53,112 bases of DNA from a virus (Duplodnaviria > Caudoviricetes), in IMG/VR virus record IMGVR_UViG_3300027859_000022, positions 1 to 53,112 of that record; one strand, written 5' to 3'. The position numbers and the translations under genes are program-made. Shown here piece by piece: positions 30,495-39,812 of the stretch. The notes under the pieces were generated by a model. The model was not told the DNA's origin. It saw only the letters and a list, made by a program, of their open reading frames with translations, and did no database searches. How positions within the stretch are numbered: the first letter of the stretch is position 1; each line of letters opens with the position of its first letter.

Positions 30495-33400
30495 ATGCCA
30501 ACTTATAATGTAAATGTAACCGACACAGAATCTTTACAAGTCGAAGCTGAATCTCCTGATGAAGCAAGAGCTAAAGTAAAAGCGATAATTGCAGAAAGAA
30601 CTTTAGCTCCACAAGCTGACAATATATTTTTTAATTACGATAGCGGAGTCAAAAACGCAAAGTTGAGATTTGATTTAGGACTTGCAGAAAACGAAGTAGA
30701 GAGAGAAAAAATACTTAGTAAGTATGTAGGTAACGAATACGCAGTTGATTCTTCAGGACAGTTAGCTTTGACACCAGAAGGCATGAAAATGCTAGGTCTT
30801 GCAGATCAAGTCAGGACTATAAAATTAAAAAATGGCCAGGAACTAGAACAAAATACCGTTATAGATGAAAGGACTTTTGGTTTTAACAGATATGATCTTG
30901 CAGATTTTTCAGGCGTAGTAGGCCCTATATTTGGTAGTGTAATAGCCTTAGTTCCTCAGTTAAGAGTAGCCAAAGTCTTAGCAAATCTTTTAGGTGGCAG
31001 ACCTGCTTTGTCTAACATGTTGCTTTCAGGATTAGGTGGAGCTGCAGGTAAAGGTGTTGAGGAGGCTTATGAAATTAATAAAGGTTATCAAGCACAAACT
31101 AGAGATGAGCTAAGAAATCTTTTAGCTTATGAAGGTGGTTTAGGCTTTGTTGGACAAGGGCTTGGCGAAGGTCTTTTTAAATTTTATTCTTTACTGTTAG
31201 GCAAACAAGCTCCTTTTGATAATTTAAGATTTCAACAACAAGCCATAAAAGGTAGATCTATTTTAGACATTATGAAACTAGATGAATCTTTTGGTAGAGA
31301 GGCTACAGAAAGAGAAATTAAAAAAGCTATAGCTCAGGGTAAAGTAGGTAAAAATGAAGTAAAAGCTTTACCATCACAATCAGCTTTGAATAGAGTTATA
31401 GCAGGTAGATTACAAGCTGTTTCAGAAACAGTTCTTGGTAATAAAAGAGTCCTAAGTACCAAAGCTTATCTAAGAGAAGAAATAGACAGACTAAACAGAC
31501 TTATCAACGGAGAAAACTTTGCTGGTGAAGAATTTGTAAAAGAATCTACTAGAGAACAAATTACAGGAGCTTTAAGTGCCGCAAGACAAAAATTAAGTTC
31601 AGCAGAAATTCAAACCAATAAACAGGTAAACAGCCTTGTACAAGAACTTATGGAAGGTATAACTTCTGCTGATGATTTTGGTAGTGCTTTAAATAGGAAG
31701 CAAATTGGAGAAATTTTAATAGACAGCCTTTCGGAATCACACAAAGCAGTAGAAGATCAGTTGAAGAAAAAATATATTAATGTTGATAAGATGCTTCTTG
31801 CAGTAGGAAAAGATGATCCTGAATTGCTTGAAGGTATAGCAAGATCTATAAACGAACATATTTCCGAATCCATTGGAAAAATAGCACAAGCTTACGGTAA
31901 AAAATACGGAAGAAATCCTTTAGAGCAAACAATTAAAGCTCCAAGAGAAATTGATGATCATACTTCAGACGAAGTAACAAATTTTGTAGAGGGCTTGTTA
32001 ATAAGAAAAAGAAGAATAGATGAAGCTTTGAATTATGAAGGTGGGTTTTTAAAGTATTGGGAAGATTTAGATCCAAGAGCTTTAAATCCAAAATTTCCTG
32101 AAATAGGTAGAGCACAAAAAGAACAACTTTTATTTGGTGAAAACTTACAAAGAATTAGAAACGATTTATCTACTTTGAAAGGACAAAGATTAAATAGCTT
32201 AAATGTCGGAAGAAATACTTCTTTATTAGACGACATCATTAAGATATTAGATAACCCAGAAGATGTTATTCATAATCCTGGCTTATTAAATATTCTAGAA
32301 AATCCAAACAGTTTAGTTAAGATGTTTACCAAAAAAGGAGAGGTAAAAGGCTATATAAATAAAAGATTAGATAAAACCGCATCTAGAGAAATTGCTAAAG
32401 CAGTAGAAGAATTGAGGTCAGCAAATAGGTTAGCAAGAGAAAGACTAGCTCCTTATGATTCTTTAAAAATAAAACAAATAATTGGTGAGTCGCAACAAGG
32501 TAATTACAACATCAATAGCGTTTATGATGAATTTATATTGTCAGGATCTAAAGACACAAAACCCTTTGAAGATTTTTTTAAAGCTATAAGAGATCATGAA
32601 GATTATTTGAGAAAAACTTATGGAAACGATCCAAAACTTCTAGCACAAAAACTTGAAAAATTTGGCGGAGAGCAATACATAAAAACACAATTACAAAGAA
32701 AGGTTTTACATGACGCTTGGCGTGAGTCTTACGACAAAACAAGCAAGTCTTTAGATTTCAAAAAATTTGCAGATGAGATATTAAAATTTGATAGGACAAA
32801 AGAAGGGAAAATGGAAATTATCTTTGGGGCGAACTACAAAAATATTTTAGACACAGTTACTCAATTAAGAAGAATAACTCCAAGCATGTATAACAAACAA
32901 CCAATAGAGCTAGAAAATTTAATTAACCAAATTGTAGAAACTGATGGCGGACTTAGAGATACTGCTACTGCACAAAAATTTTTGGATGCTTTGAAAAATA
33001 AATCTGTCGCTGCAAAAGAAAGAATTGCTTTTGAGCAAAATTCTATTATAAAAAGATTAGATGTTTCAGGAACTGACGAGATTGCAGATGTAGTATTCAA
33101 ACCAAATAGTGCTGCTAACATTCAGATAGTTAAAGATACTGTAGATCCAGAAACATTCATTGAAATACAACAAGCTAGTTTATCTAAATTGCTAAAAGAT
33201 TCTTTTGATCCATCCAAAGAAAAAATTACAGATATATTTAAACCTGACAGACTGAGAAGGACTTTAGATAGTTATGGAGATTCGACACTAGAGGCTATGT
33301 TTGGTAAAGAATCATTGATGGGTTTTAGAGCATTACAAAGAGCTTTAGATGGTTTAACTATAGAAAAGTCAGCAGGTACTCTTGTAGCTGCGGGTATTGC

Positions 33401-33839
33401 AGTAAACGCTTTAAGCATAGGTATGTTGCCAACTGTTGCAGGATTAGCACTTATGAGACAAGCTTTTTCAAGTCCTAGAATTTTAAATATATTAGCTAGT
33501 AAAGATCCTAAAGCTATTGGTAGAACAATTCAGTTCTTTATTAGGACTGCTAGACAACTTGGCATAAGATTAGTTGGTGATGCTATTTCTGAAGGAAGAG
33601 AACAAGCAGAACGTGGCATTGAAAGAGGTCAAGAAGAGTTGCAAGATATGCGAAACCAAAATCCAGATGTTAAATCTTTTGAAGAATCTTTAAGAAATTT
33701 AAGAGAGCAAAGCCAAAGAGACATTAGAAACTTACAATCTAGCACTCCTTTGCCTGAAGTAGAGCCCGTTAGCGTAGATCCGCTTTCTCCTGAAAGATTG
33801 GATTTTGCAGAAAGATTGGCTAATAGACCTGTTATTTAA
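30495..33839 (+). CDS. Large internal virion/ejection protein
   Basis: 1114 aa, mostly helical. Last gene of the virion operon, with Gly/Ala-rich hydrophobic stretches. Confidence 0.65.
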   Translation: MPTYNVNVTDTESLQVEAESPDEARAKVKAIIAERTLAPQADNIFFNYDSGVKNAKLRFDLGLAENEVEREKILSKYVGNEYAVDSSGQLALTPEGMKMLGLADQVRTIKLKNGQELEQNTVIDERTFGFNRYDLADFSGVVGPIFGSVIALVPQLRVAKVLANLLGGRPALSNMLLSGLGGAAGKGVEEAYEINKGYQAQTRDELRNLLAYEGGLGFVGQGLGEGLFKFYSLLLGKQAPFDNLRFQQQAIKGRSILDIMKLDESFGREATEREIKKAIAQGKVGKNEVKALPSQSALNRVIAGRLQAVSETVLGNKRVLSTKAYLREEIDRLNRLINGENFAGEEFVKESTREQITGALSAARQKLSSAEIQTNKQVNSLVQELMEGITSADDFGSALNRKQIGEILIDSLSESHKAVEDQLKKKYINVDKMLLAVGKDDPELLEGIARSINEHISESIGKIAQAYGKKYGRNPLEQTIKAPREIDDHTSDEVTNFVEGLLIRKRRIDEALNYEGGFLKYWEDLDPRALNPKFPEIGRAQKEQLLFGENLQRIRNDLSTLKGQRLNSLNVGRNTSLLDDIIKILDNPEDVIHNPGLLNILENPNSLVKMFTKKGEVKGYINKRLDKTASREIAKAVEELRSANRLARERLAPYDSLKIKQIIGESQQGNYNINSVYDEFILSGSKDTKPFEDFFKAIRDHEDYLRKTYGNDPKLLAQKLEKFGGEQYIKTQLQRKVLHDAWRESYDKTSKSLDFKKFADEILKFDRTKEGKMEIIFGANYKNILDTVTQLRRITPSMYNKQPIELENLINQIVETDGGLRDTATAQKFLDALKNKSVAAKERIAFEQNSIIKRLDVSGTDEIADVVFKPNSAANIQIVKDTVDPETFIEIQQASLSKLLKDSFDPSKEKITDIFKPDRLRRTLDSYGDSTLEAMFGKESLMGFRALQRALDGLTIEKSAGTLVAAGIAVNALSIGMLPTVAGLALMRQAFSSPRILNILASKDPKAIGRTIQFFIRTARQLGIRLVGDAISEGREQAERGIERGQEELQDMRNQNPDVKSFEESLRNLREQSQRDIRNLQSSTPLPEVEPVSVDPLSPERLDFAERLANRPVI

Positions 33840-34053
33840 CAATCAAATCTAATTTTCTTTTTTTAAATAATTCCATCATGTTTTCATATCCTTTTGGATA
33901 TATATCTTTGCACATGTGTATCACTTGATAATTTGTATTGTAATGATCGTAAAGATTATCTAAAGTTTTAATGTTTGGAATGTTAAAACTTAAAATCTTA
34001 AAACAATCTTTTGCAAAAGTTTCTCTTTCTTTATTTGTAAGCGTCTTTAACAT
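33832..34053 (-). CDS. Hypothetical protein
   Basis: ORF track. Last gene of the minus-strand operon. Confidence 0.55.
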   Translation of the reverse strand: MLKTLTNKERETFAKDCFKILSFNIPNIKTLDNLYDHYNTNYQVIHMCKDIYPKGYENMMELFKKRKLDLIVK

Positions 34054-34459
34054 TCCCCTCTACCATATTATTACGAGCTACACCTTTCCATTTTTCAGCA
34101 GTTCTTAAACCACCGAGACCAAGTAAAGATAAAGTCAAAGTCATTAAGCCTTCAGTATTTAAAACTGGTGGCTGTATTGATGAGCCTGAAATAACTACTA
34201 TCCAATTCATCAAAGGTGCTAAAAAGTATTGCCACATCAAGGCCAATGCACAAATCCAGAGGATCGCAGGGCGGCTTCCCGAAACAAAAATACTAGGATG
34301 TTTGGCTTGTTCTAAATTAATTTCTGCTTGAGCTTTTTGCAAATCAATCATTTGTGATTTGATACTAGCTTCTAGTTCCATACGCTTAGTTTTATCAGGT
34401 ATAGCCTTACCAATTAAATCACTTATTGGTTTAAAAAATTTATCAATCATCTGTTTCAC
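34031..34459 (-). CDS. Holin (GTA 3TM holin-like)
   Basis: INLEQAKHPSIFVSGSRPAILWIC and LLGLGGLRTAEKWKGV. Confidence 0.8.
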   Translation of the reverse strand: MKQMIDKFFKPISDLIGKAIPDKTKRMELEASIKSQMIDLQKAQAEINLEQAKHPSIFVSGSRPAILWICALALMWQYFLAPLMNWIVVISGSSIQPPVLNTEGLMTLTLSLLGLGGLRTAEKWKGVARNNMVEGNVKDAYK

Positions 34460-34805
34460 CTCGCAGTATTTTTTCTAATTTAGCTTTTTTCTCCTCTGTA
34501 CTATCAACATGTAAATCTTTATCAATTATTTTTTCTAACTTTAAATAATCAATCCTTTGATTTGGAACATATCTCCAAGTATAGCCATCCTTAGCAGTTA
34601 CGCCAAAGACAGAAGTAGTCATGCCGATTTTTATTACAACAGCCTCCTCTCCATCAAGTTTTACTTTATCGCCTTCTTTAAATTGTGGATTCATTTTAAA
34701 GTTCAATCCTTTGATAAAACTTACTGACCAATCCTTTAAGGCTAATCCTGAAATAACTGAAGCAACAAAAATAGACAGCTCTAAGTAGTATTGCTCTATA
34801 TTCAT
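34443..34805 (-). CDS. MscS-like small membrane protein
   Basis: N-terminal TM, then FKEGDKVKLDGEEAVVIKIGMTTS...VPN resembling the MscS beta domain. Confidence 0.6.
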   Translation of the reverse strand: MNIEQYYLELSIFVASVISGLALKDWSVSFIKGLNFKMNPQFKEGDKVKLDGEEAVVIKIGMTTSVFGVTAKDGYTWRYVPNQRIDYLKLEKIIDKDLHVDSTEEKKAKLEKILRGETDD

Positions 34806-34815
34806 ATAGCATATT

Positions 34816-35277
34816 CTAAAACCCTATTTCCTCTCTGTCCAAACCTAATGGCTTATCTGACAAACATTTACATATATCTTTTGGGAAGTGTACATAAGGC
34901 TCATTATCTTCTTCAAATTTAGGATCTTCTTTAAGATTCATCCTAATGTCATACTCATGTTCTGGATTCCATTGATGATACCAAACACTATCTTTCATAG
35001 CCCAAACAATAATAAAAGGGACATTTGTACCTTTTGCAAAAGAAGCTCCTTTTCTAAGTTTATTTGCAGACACAATAAAAGTTTCATACTTAGTTGCAGG
35101 AAAAGAACGACATTTAACTTCGCACCAAAAACAATTATTTTTAGACTCTATCCAATAATCTAAGCTGTAATTGGTTGGCAACTTATGGCAAGTTACTCCC
35201 CACAGCCCTTCTAAAAAACCTGCTACTCGTTCTTCCCGTTTCTGATCATCTTTGGTTTCTAAGCTTGGTGTTTTCAT
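34816..35277 (-). CDS. PD-(D/E)XK nuclease
   Basis: YSLDY...WCEVKCR motif. Confidence 0.65.
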   Translation of the reverse strand: MKTPSLETKDDQKREERVAGFLEGLWGVTCHKLPTNYSLDYWIESKNNCFWCEVKCRSFPATKYETFIVSANKLRKGASFAKGTNVPFIIVWAMKDSVWYHQWNPEHEYDIRMNLKEDPKFEEDNEPYVHFPKDICKCLSDKPLGLDREEIGF

Positions 35278-35279
35278 AG

Positions 35280-37409
35280 CTACTCCTCAAAAAAGTTTGG
35301 ATCTACAGCAACTAATCTTTTAGTTGGCCTTCCTTTTCCTCCCACTTTGACTTCTACCTCTTGAATTTCTCTAGCATTCATAAGCCTTTCTATTATTTCT
35401 TTTACTTCATAAGACTTCATACTTCTAAACAGTTCATGTCTATCAACTTCTCTTTTTGATATACCCTCCCCATTTCTTGACCTAATAAAAGACAGCACTT
35501 GTTTTATTTTTGATTCTATTGCTGAACTTGCAACTCTATCTCTACAAGCTTCTATAAACAGCAAGTCATAGTATCTGACAAAATCAACACACCATTTCAT
35601 AATGTCCCCTGGAATCTTTTTTGCTTTGGGATTCTCCGCAAGAGTAACTGAAAGGGATAGTCGCATGGCTTTTTCTCTAGATCTTGATAGTAATGGCTCT
35701 AAGTTATCTTTCTCAAGTATATCTTGCCTTTTAACAATCTCAGATGCAAAGTCCTGCAGCACTAATTCTGCGTCTTGGTCAAAGTCTAGTACAACTTGCT
35801 CCAAATCAATATCGGCATTGTCAATAGCTACTTCATAAAAATCATTTATAGGTCGCCTTACATAATTAACCCAATTAACAATTCTTAATGGTGCATCTCT
35901 GAACTTTTTAAGTTGTGCAACTCTTCTTGGTTCTTTTGATTCTACAATTAAAAATCTGTTAAGAAATCCGTCTGCTATTCTTCCGCTGTTGAGAGCTTTA
36001 TAAAAGTTTTTAGGCACCGATAAACCAACTAGAGTTATGTTTGGCTTGTGTGTAAGTCGATTCATAAATTGGTCTTTATATTGGTCTGGAACATTCATTA
36101 AAGAATAATTATCAGGTCTTAAAGTACCATGACACCTACCCCAAGCTTCCATTAAAGTTTGAAGTCCATCTTCTCTATTAAAATTTTGTTGTCCGCCTAT
36201 TGACTCCAACCTTTTACCAAACTCATCCATAATGGTAATTTGTGTTGGTCTTTGTCTAAGTATTGAGTGCACAGCTCCACTTGAAGTATAGCCATCTCCT
36301 ACTATCAGCTTTGAATGTTGTGATTCGTTTAGTATGGTTTCTACAAATGTTTTTATGTTTTCTTTTCCTTGTCCTGACTTGGCAATACACATAAAAAACA
36401 AACTAGAAAAATTATTCATATTAGTTCTATAAACTCTGCCACAAGATACTGATGCCAAAGATAAAGCAGCGACCATAGATAATTCAGGTTGTGGTACTTG
36501 TGCAATATCTTCGCAAAAGTTATACATGTCTTTTAATAATCCAGGTGGATCATATAAATCTTTTGGTGGTTTTATATTATCAACTGCTTGAACAAACAAA
36601 GGAGCTTTTTGATTTTTTCTGTCATGTGTAGATTTCACGCTATCAACAACTTGATCAATTTCTCTGATAGTAAGTGGCGGATTATTATTAGTGTTCCACG
36701 ATCTTAAAAAGAATTTTGTAAAGTTAAGGTTTACATTTTTAGAAATCATATAACCTGCAATCCTTGCTGCCTGATCATTCCTTGATCCTTCATTAACTCC
36801 ATCAAGAGAGAAAGGTACAGTTATATTTTTATCTTTGGCACCTGACTCTTTAGGTACACCTGTAATTTTGTACCATTCTTTTTCCGTAAAATCAGGTAAA
36901 TCTCCAATATCATAAACACTCCATCCATCAAGAAAAACAGGTTTGTAAATTGCACCGTTTGCATGTCTATTGTAAGGAGCAATAATTAATCCGCCTTCTC
37001 CTCTAATATCAATAAGTCTTTCTATTGGCGTTTCATTTGTTCTTCTTGTGGCAAAGGTCGTAAAGTTTTGTGGATTATTGTAATAGAAGTGCATACCCTT
37101 ACCTGTAATAACTTTGTAAGGAGTTACTGGTAAATTTTCTTCTACCCAAGTCATAGCCTCAGGCGTGTCTGCATCTACTACAATAAATTTTCCACAAACT
37201 ATAGCAACGACAAGATCATCTCTATCTTTAAACCACTCTTCAACTTTTTCTCTTTCAGGTCTTTTGGTTTTGTATTCTTCCCAAGAGCCTAAATTTTTAG
37301 GGGGCTTTTTATCTTTCCTCTGCAAAGGAATTACACTAAGACCTTCTTCATAATAAGCCATAGCTAATTCATAAGGAGAGTCCTCCTCTGATAAATTTAT
37401 TTGAAACAT
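35280..37409 (-). CDS. Bifunctional primase/polymerase fused to PriCT and a DUF3987-like helicase
   Basis: SVIPL, VVDAD, TGKGMHFYY, DIRGEGG, EGSRND, AKSGQGKE, MDEFG and DGFLNRFL. Confidence 0.85.
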   Translation of the reverse strand: MFQINLSEEDSPYELAMAYYEEGLSVIPLQRKDKKPPKNLGSWEEYKTKRPEREKVEEWFKDRDDLVVAIVCGKFIVVDADTPEAMTWVEENLPVTPYKVITGKGMHFYYNNPQNFTTFATRRTNETPIERLIDIRGEGGLIIAPYNRHANGAIYKPVFLDGWSVYDIGDLPDFTEKEWYKITGVPKESGAKDKNITVPFSLDGVNEGSRNDQAARIAGYMISKNVNLNFTKFFLRSWNTNNNPPLTIREIDQVVDSVKSTHDRKNQKAPLFVQAVDNIKPPKDLYDPPGLLKDMYNFCEDIAQVPQPELSMVAALSLASVSCGRVYRTNMNNFSSLFFMCIAKSGQGKENIKTFVETILNESQHSKLIVGDGYTSSGAVHSILRQRPTQITIMDEFGKRLESIGGQQNFNREDGLQTLMEAWGRCHGTLRPDNYSLMNVPDQYKDQFMNRLTHKPNITLVGLSVPKNFYKALNSGRIADGFLNRFLIVESKEPRRVAQLKKFRDAPLRIVNWVNYVRRPINDFYEVAIDNADIDLEQVVLDFDQDAELVLQDFASEIVKRQDILEKDNLEPLLSRSREKAMRLSLSVTLAENPKAKKIPGDIMKWCVDFVRYYDLLFIEACRDRVASSAIESKIKQVLSFIRSRNGEGISKREVDRHELFRSMKSYEVKEIIERLMNAREIQEVEVKVGGKGRPTKRLVAVDPNFFEE

Positions 37410-37730
37410 TTAAGATTGAAGATCTTTTATGTTTCCAAATATAGATTCGTAAGTAAGCTTACCCTCTGTCGCTTTAATTATTTGATGAGCTTGTTTTATA
37501 GATGGATTTCTATATCCATAACGCCAAGCTTTAATAGACGCTTCAGAACAATCAAAAGTTGATGCAGACTCCTTAACTCCTAAAAACTCAATATAGTCTT
37601 TAAGTGAGTAGTGCTTTACTTTTTTGTTTTGAAACTCTGGCTCATGTCCAGATTTTTTTAGATTTTTTAGTGCTTCATCCGACAGTTTTTTTTGTCGGTG
37701 ATAGTAATTAGCTTTCCAAATTTCATTCAT
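37410..37730 (-). CDS. Cro-like HTH regulator
   Basis: SASTFDCSEASIKAWRYGYRNPS...IIKATEGKLT. Divergent from the Sak4/SSB operon and upstream of the primase. Confidence 0.7.
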   Translation of the reverse strand: MNEIWKANYYHRQKKLSDEALKNLKKSGHEPEFQNKKVKHYSLKDYIEFLGVKESASTFDCSEASIKAWRYGYRNPSIKQAHQIIKATEGKLTYESIFGNIKDLQS

Positions 37731-37752
37731 TTTTTGCTCCTCTTAATAAATG

Positions 37753-37781
37753 TTTACACATAGTATAGTATAGTCTATAAT
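37753..37781 (+). promoter_or_regulatory. Sigma70 promoter with TTAC-N5-GTA box
   Basis: TTTACA-N17-TATAAT. Confidence 0.75.
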
Positions 37782-37817
37782 CTTTCAAGTTCATTAATTA
37801 AAACAGAGAGGTGAAGA

Positions 37818-38552
37818 GTGAGCATAAAAAATAAAATTGTTACGCCTAGTCAGTTAGTAGATGATCAAGGAGCTAAAATCCTTATCTTTGGCGAAGCTGG
37901 TTCAGGTAAAACAACTATATGTGAAACAGCTCCAGGTAAGACATTAGTCATATCTGCTGAAGCTGGTTTACTTTCTATTAAAGACTCTAAGAATGTTGAT
38001 GCTTTAGAAGTTAAAGAAGCTGCTGAAGTTATGGAAATTCATAGACTTTTAGAATCTGGTGAGATTAAGTACGACACCGTTTGTCTCGATTCAATATCTG
38101 AGATAAGTGAAATCTTACTTAATTTTGAAAAATCAAGAAACAAAGATCCTAGAGCTGCATACGGTAATGTACAAGAAAGCATGACCAATGTTATGAGAGC
38201 TTACAGAGATTTGAAGATGCATGTGGTCTTTTTAGCTAAAAGCGAAAGGACTATTGCTGACGGCATTCCTAATTATGAACCAAAAATGGTTGGTACTAAA
38301 TTAGGTCAAGCTGTTACATATTTCTTTGACGAAGTTTTATCTTTAAGAATAATTGAAGATCAAGACGAAGAAGGTAATGTAATCAAAAGAAGATGGTTGC
38401 AAACTGAAACTGGTCAAGGTCATGTGGCTAAAGATAGAAGTGGTAAGTTAAATCCATTTGAAGAACCTAATCTTACAAAGCTTATTGATAAGTTAGGATT
38501 TGGAGGGGTTAAACAAACCACGCAAGAAGAACCTTTAACTAAAGCGGGGTAA
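37818..38552 (+). CDS. AAA_24/Sak4-like ATPase
   Basis: GEAGSGKTT, SAEAGLLS, VCLDSISE and AKDRSGKL. GTG start. Confidence 0.85.
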   Translation: MSIKNKIVTPSQLVDDQGAKILIFGEAGSGKTTICETAPGKTLVISAEAGLLSIKDSKNVDALEVKEAAEVMEIHRLLESGEIKYDTVCLDSISEISEILLNFEKSRNKDPRAAYGNVQESMTNVMRAYRDLKMHVVFLAKSERTIADGIPNYEPKMVGTKLGQAVTYFFDEVLSLRIIEDQDEEGNVIKRRWLQTETGQGHVAKDRSGKLNPFEEPNLTKLIDKLGFGGVKQTTQEEPLTKAG

Positions 38553-38554
38553 TA

Positions 38555-39034
38555 ATGGTAGATTTTGCAGACGTAGATTTCATTGATAGTATTGATGAAA
38601 TGCCTATAGGCCCAAGTGTGGCACCTGAAGGAACTTATCCTTGTAAGGTAATTGAAAGTGTTAAGTACCAATCTAAATCAGGTAATAATACTTTGAAGAT
38701 TACTTTCCAAGTAGATAACGGTAAGTATAAAGATCATGTTGAATACTTTAGTCTTTGGCACCCAACCGAAGATGTTAGAAGGATTGCAACTGAAAAGTTT
38801 ACTAGATTAGCTAAAGCTGTCGGGTTTAAAAAGTACCCAGATGATGCTTCAGCTTATGTTGGTAAAGAATTACTAATGAATCTCAGAAATGTAGATGAAG
38901 ATTGGAAAGATAATGACGGTAATACTCGTACTACGACAAAAACTGTCGTCAGGTCTTATGAATTTAAGAACGACTTTCCTCAATCATCTGAGTCTGCGTC
39001 AGAAGATTCAGAAGTAAGTCCACCTCCTTTTTGA
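38555..39034 (+). CDS. DUF669-like ssDNA-binding protein
   Basis: PEGTYPCKV and SKSGNNTLKITF, with an acidic tail ending PPPF. Next to the Sak4-like gene. Confidence 0.75.
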   Translation: MVDFADVDFIDSIDEMPIGPSVAPEGTYPCKVIESVKYQSKSGNNTLKITFQVDNGKYKDHVEYFSLWHPTEDVRRIATEKFTRLAKAVGFKKYPDDASAYVGKELLMNLRNVDEDWKDNDGNTRTTTKTVVRSYEFKNDFPQSSESASEDSEVSPPPF

Positions 39035-39306
39035 TTGATAAAATCGAAGGGGGAGTCTTGTATATGCTCTCCCTTCACCAACACCCCAACAGAATCATCT
39101 AATAACTTTCTAATAATAGCAGGAAACTCTGCTCTTTCTGGCTGCATGTCCATAGTCCAAACTAAATCTGAAAAAGATTGTTTGATTTCTTCGTAACTAG
39201 GCACTATTTGACAAAAGTAAGTCTCTAATTCTTTATTTTTTTTTGATAATTCATCAACTTTTTTTTCTAAATTTTCTATATAAACATCTTTATCTAGTTC
39301 TTTCAT
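38980..39306 (-). CDS. Hypothetical protein
   Basis: ORF track. Coiled-coil N-terminus; tail overlaps the SSB gene. Confidence 0.55.
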   Translation of the reverse strand: MKELDKDVYIENLEKKVDELSKKNKELETYFCQIVPSYEEIKQSFSDLVWTMDMQPERAEFPAIIRKLLDDSVGVLVKGEHIQDSPFDFINQKGGGLTSESSDADSDD

Positions 39307-39458
39307 CTTCCTTGCCCTCTATATTTTAATTTTTGTTGTCTCCTCTTATGCTTGTTCATTGTGCTAGTCATAGTATTTTTATGAATACCCTGGCTTGTTT
39401 TTTTTCCTCTAGATCCACAAACAGATTTGTGTTCTTGAAAATGTTTTGTTTTTTGCAT
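39303..39458 (-). CDS. Small basic peptide (51 aa)
   Basis: MQKTKHF...KKTSQG...STMNKHKRRQQKLKYRGQGR. Overlaps both neighbours at start and stop codons. Confidence 0.7.
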   Translation of the reverse strand: MQKTKHFQEHKSVCGSRGKKTSQGIHKNTMTSTMNKHKRRQQKLKYRGQGR

Positions 39459-39712
39459 TATCTTAAGTTCGCTTTTATTATGTGAAAAGCTACATTTATT
39501 TTATCTAGTTTATATTCTATTTTCTTTAGTTTTTCTTTATTTCCCGTATCTGTCCACGCAAAAGAAACCTCATCTATAAAATCTTCTATAATTTTTAAAG
39601 ACTCTAATAGGGCCTCGTCAGCTTCAGATTTTGTGTGTTGTTCTTTTAAATTGTTCCAAAGAGCTTGATTAAATTCTTTCTCTGCTTTTTTATTTTTCTT
39701 CTTTTTCTTCAT
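39458..39712 (-). CDS. Hypothetical protein
   Basis: ORF track. Confidence 0.6.
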   Translation of the reverse strand: MKKKKKNKKAEKEFNQALWNNLKEQHTKSEADEALLESLKIIEDFIDEVSFAWTDTGNKEKLKKIEYKLDKINVAFHIIKANLR

Positions 39713-39812
39713 CTTCCCAATTTTGTATTTGTTCTAATAGGTGCTCAGGCAATACAACTTCATTGTTTGCTACTTTATTTTCAAGATAATCTTTTAATTT
39801 TTGTAATATCAT
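39690..39812 (-). CDS. Small hypothetical protein (40 aa)
   Basis: MILQKLKDYLENK...; ATGA overlap with the methyltransferase stop. Confidence 0.5.
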   Translation of the reverse strand: MILQKLKDYLENKVANNEVVLPEHLLEQIQNWEDEEKEEK

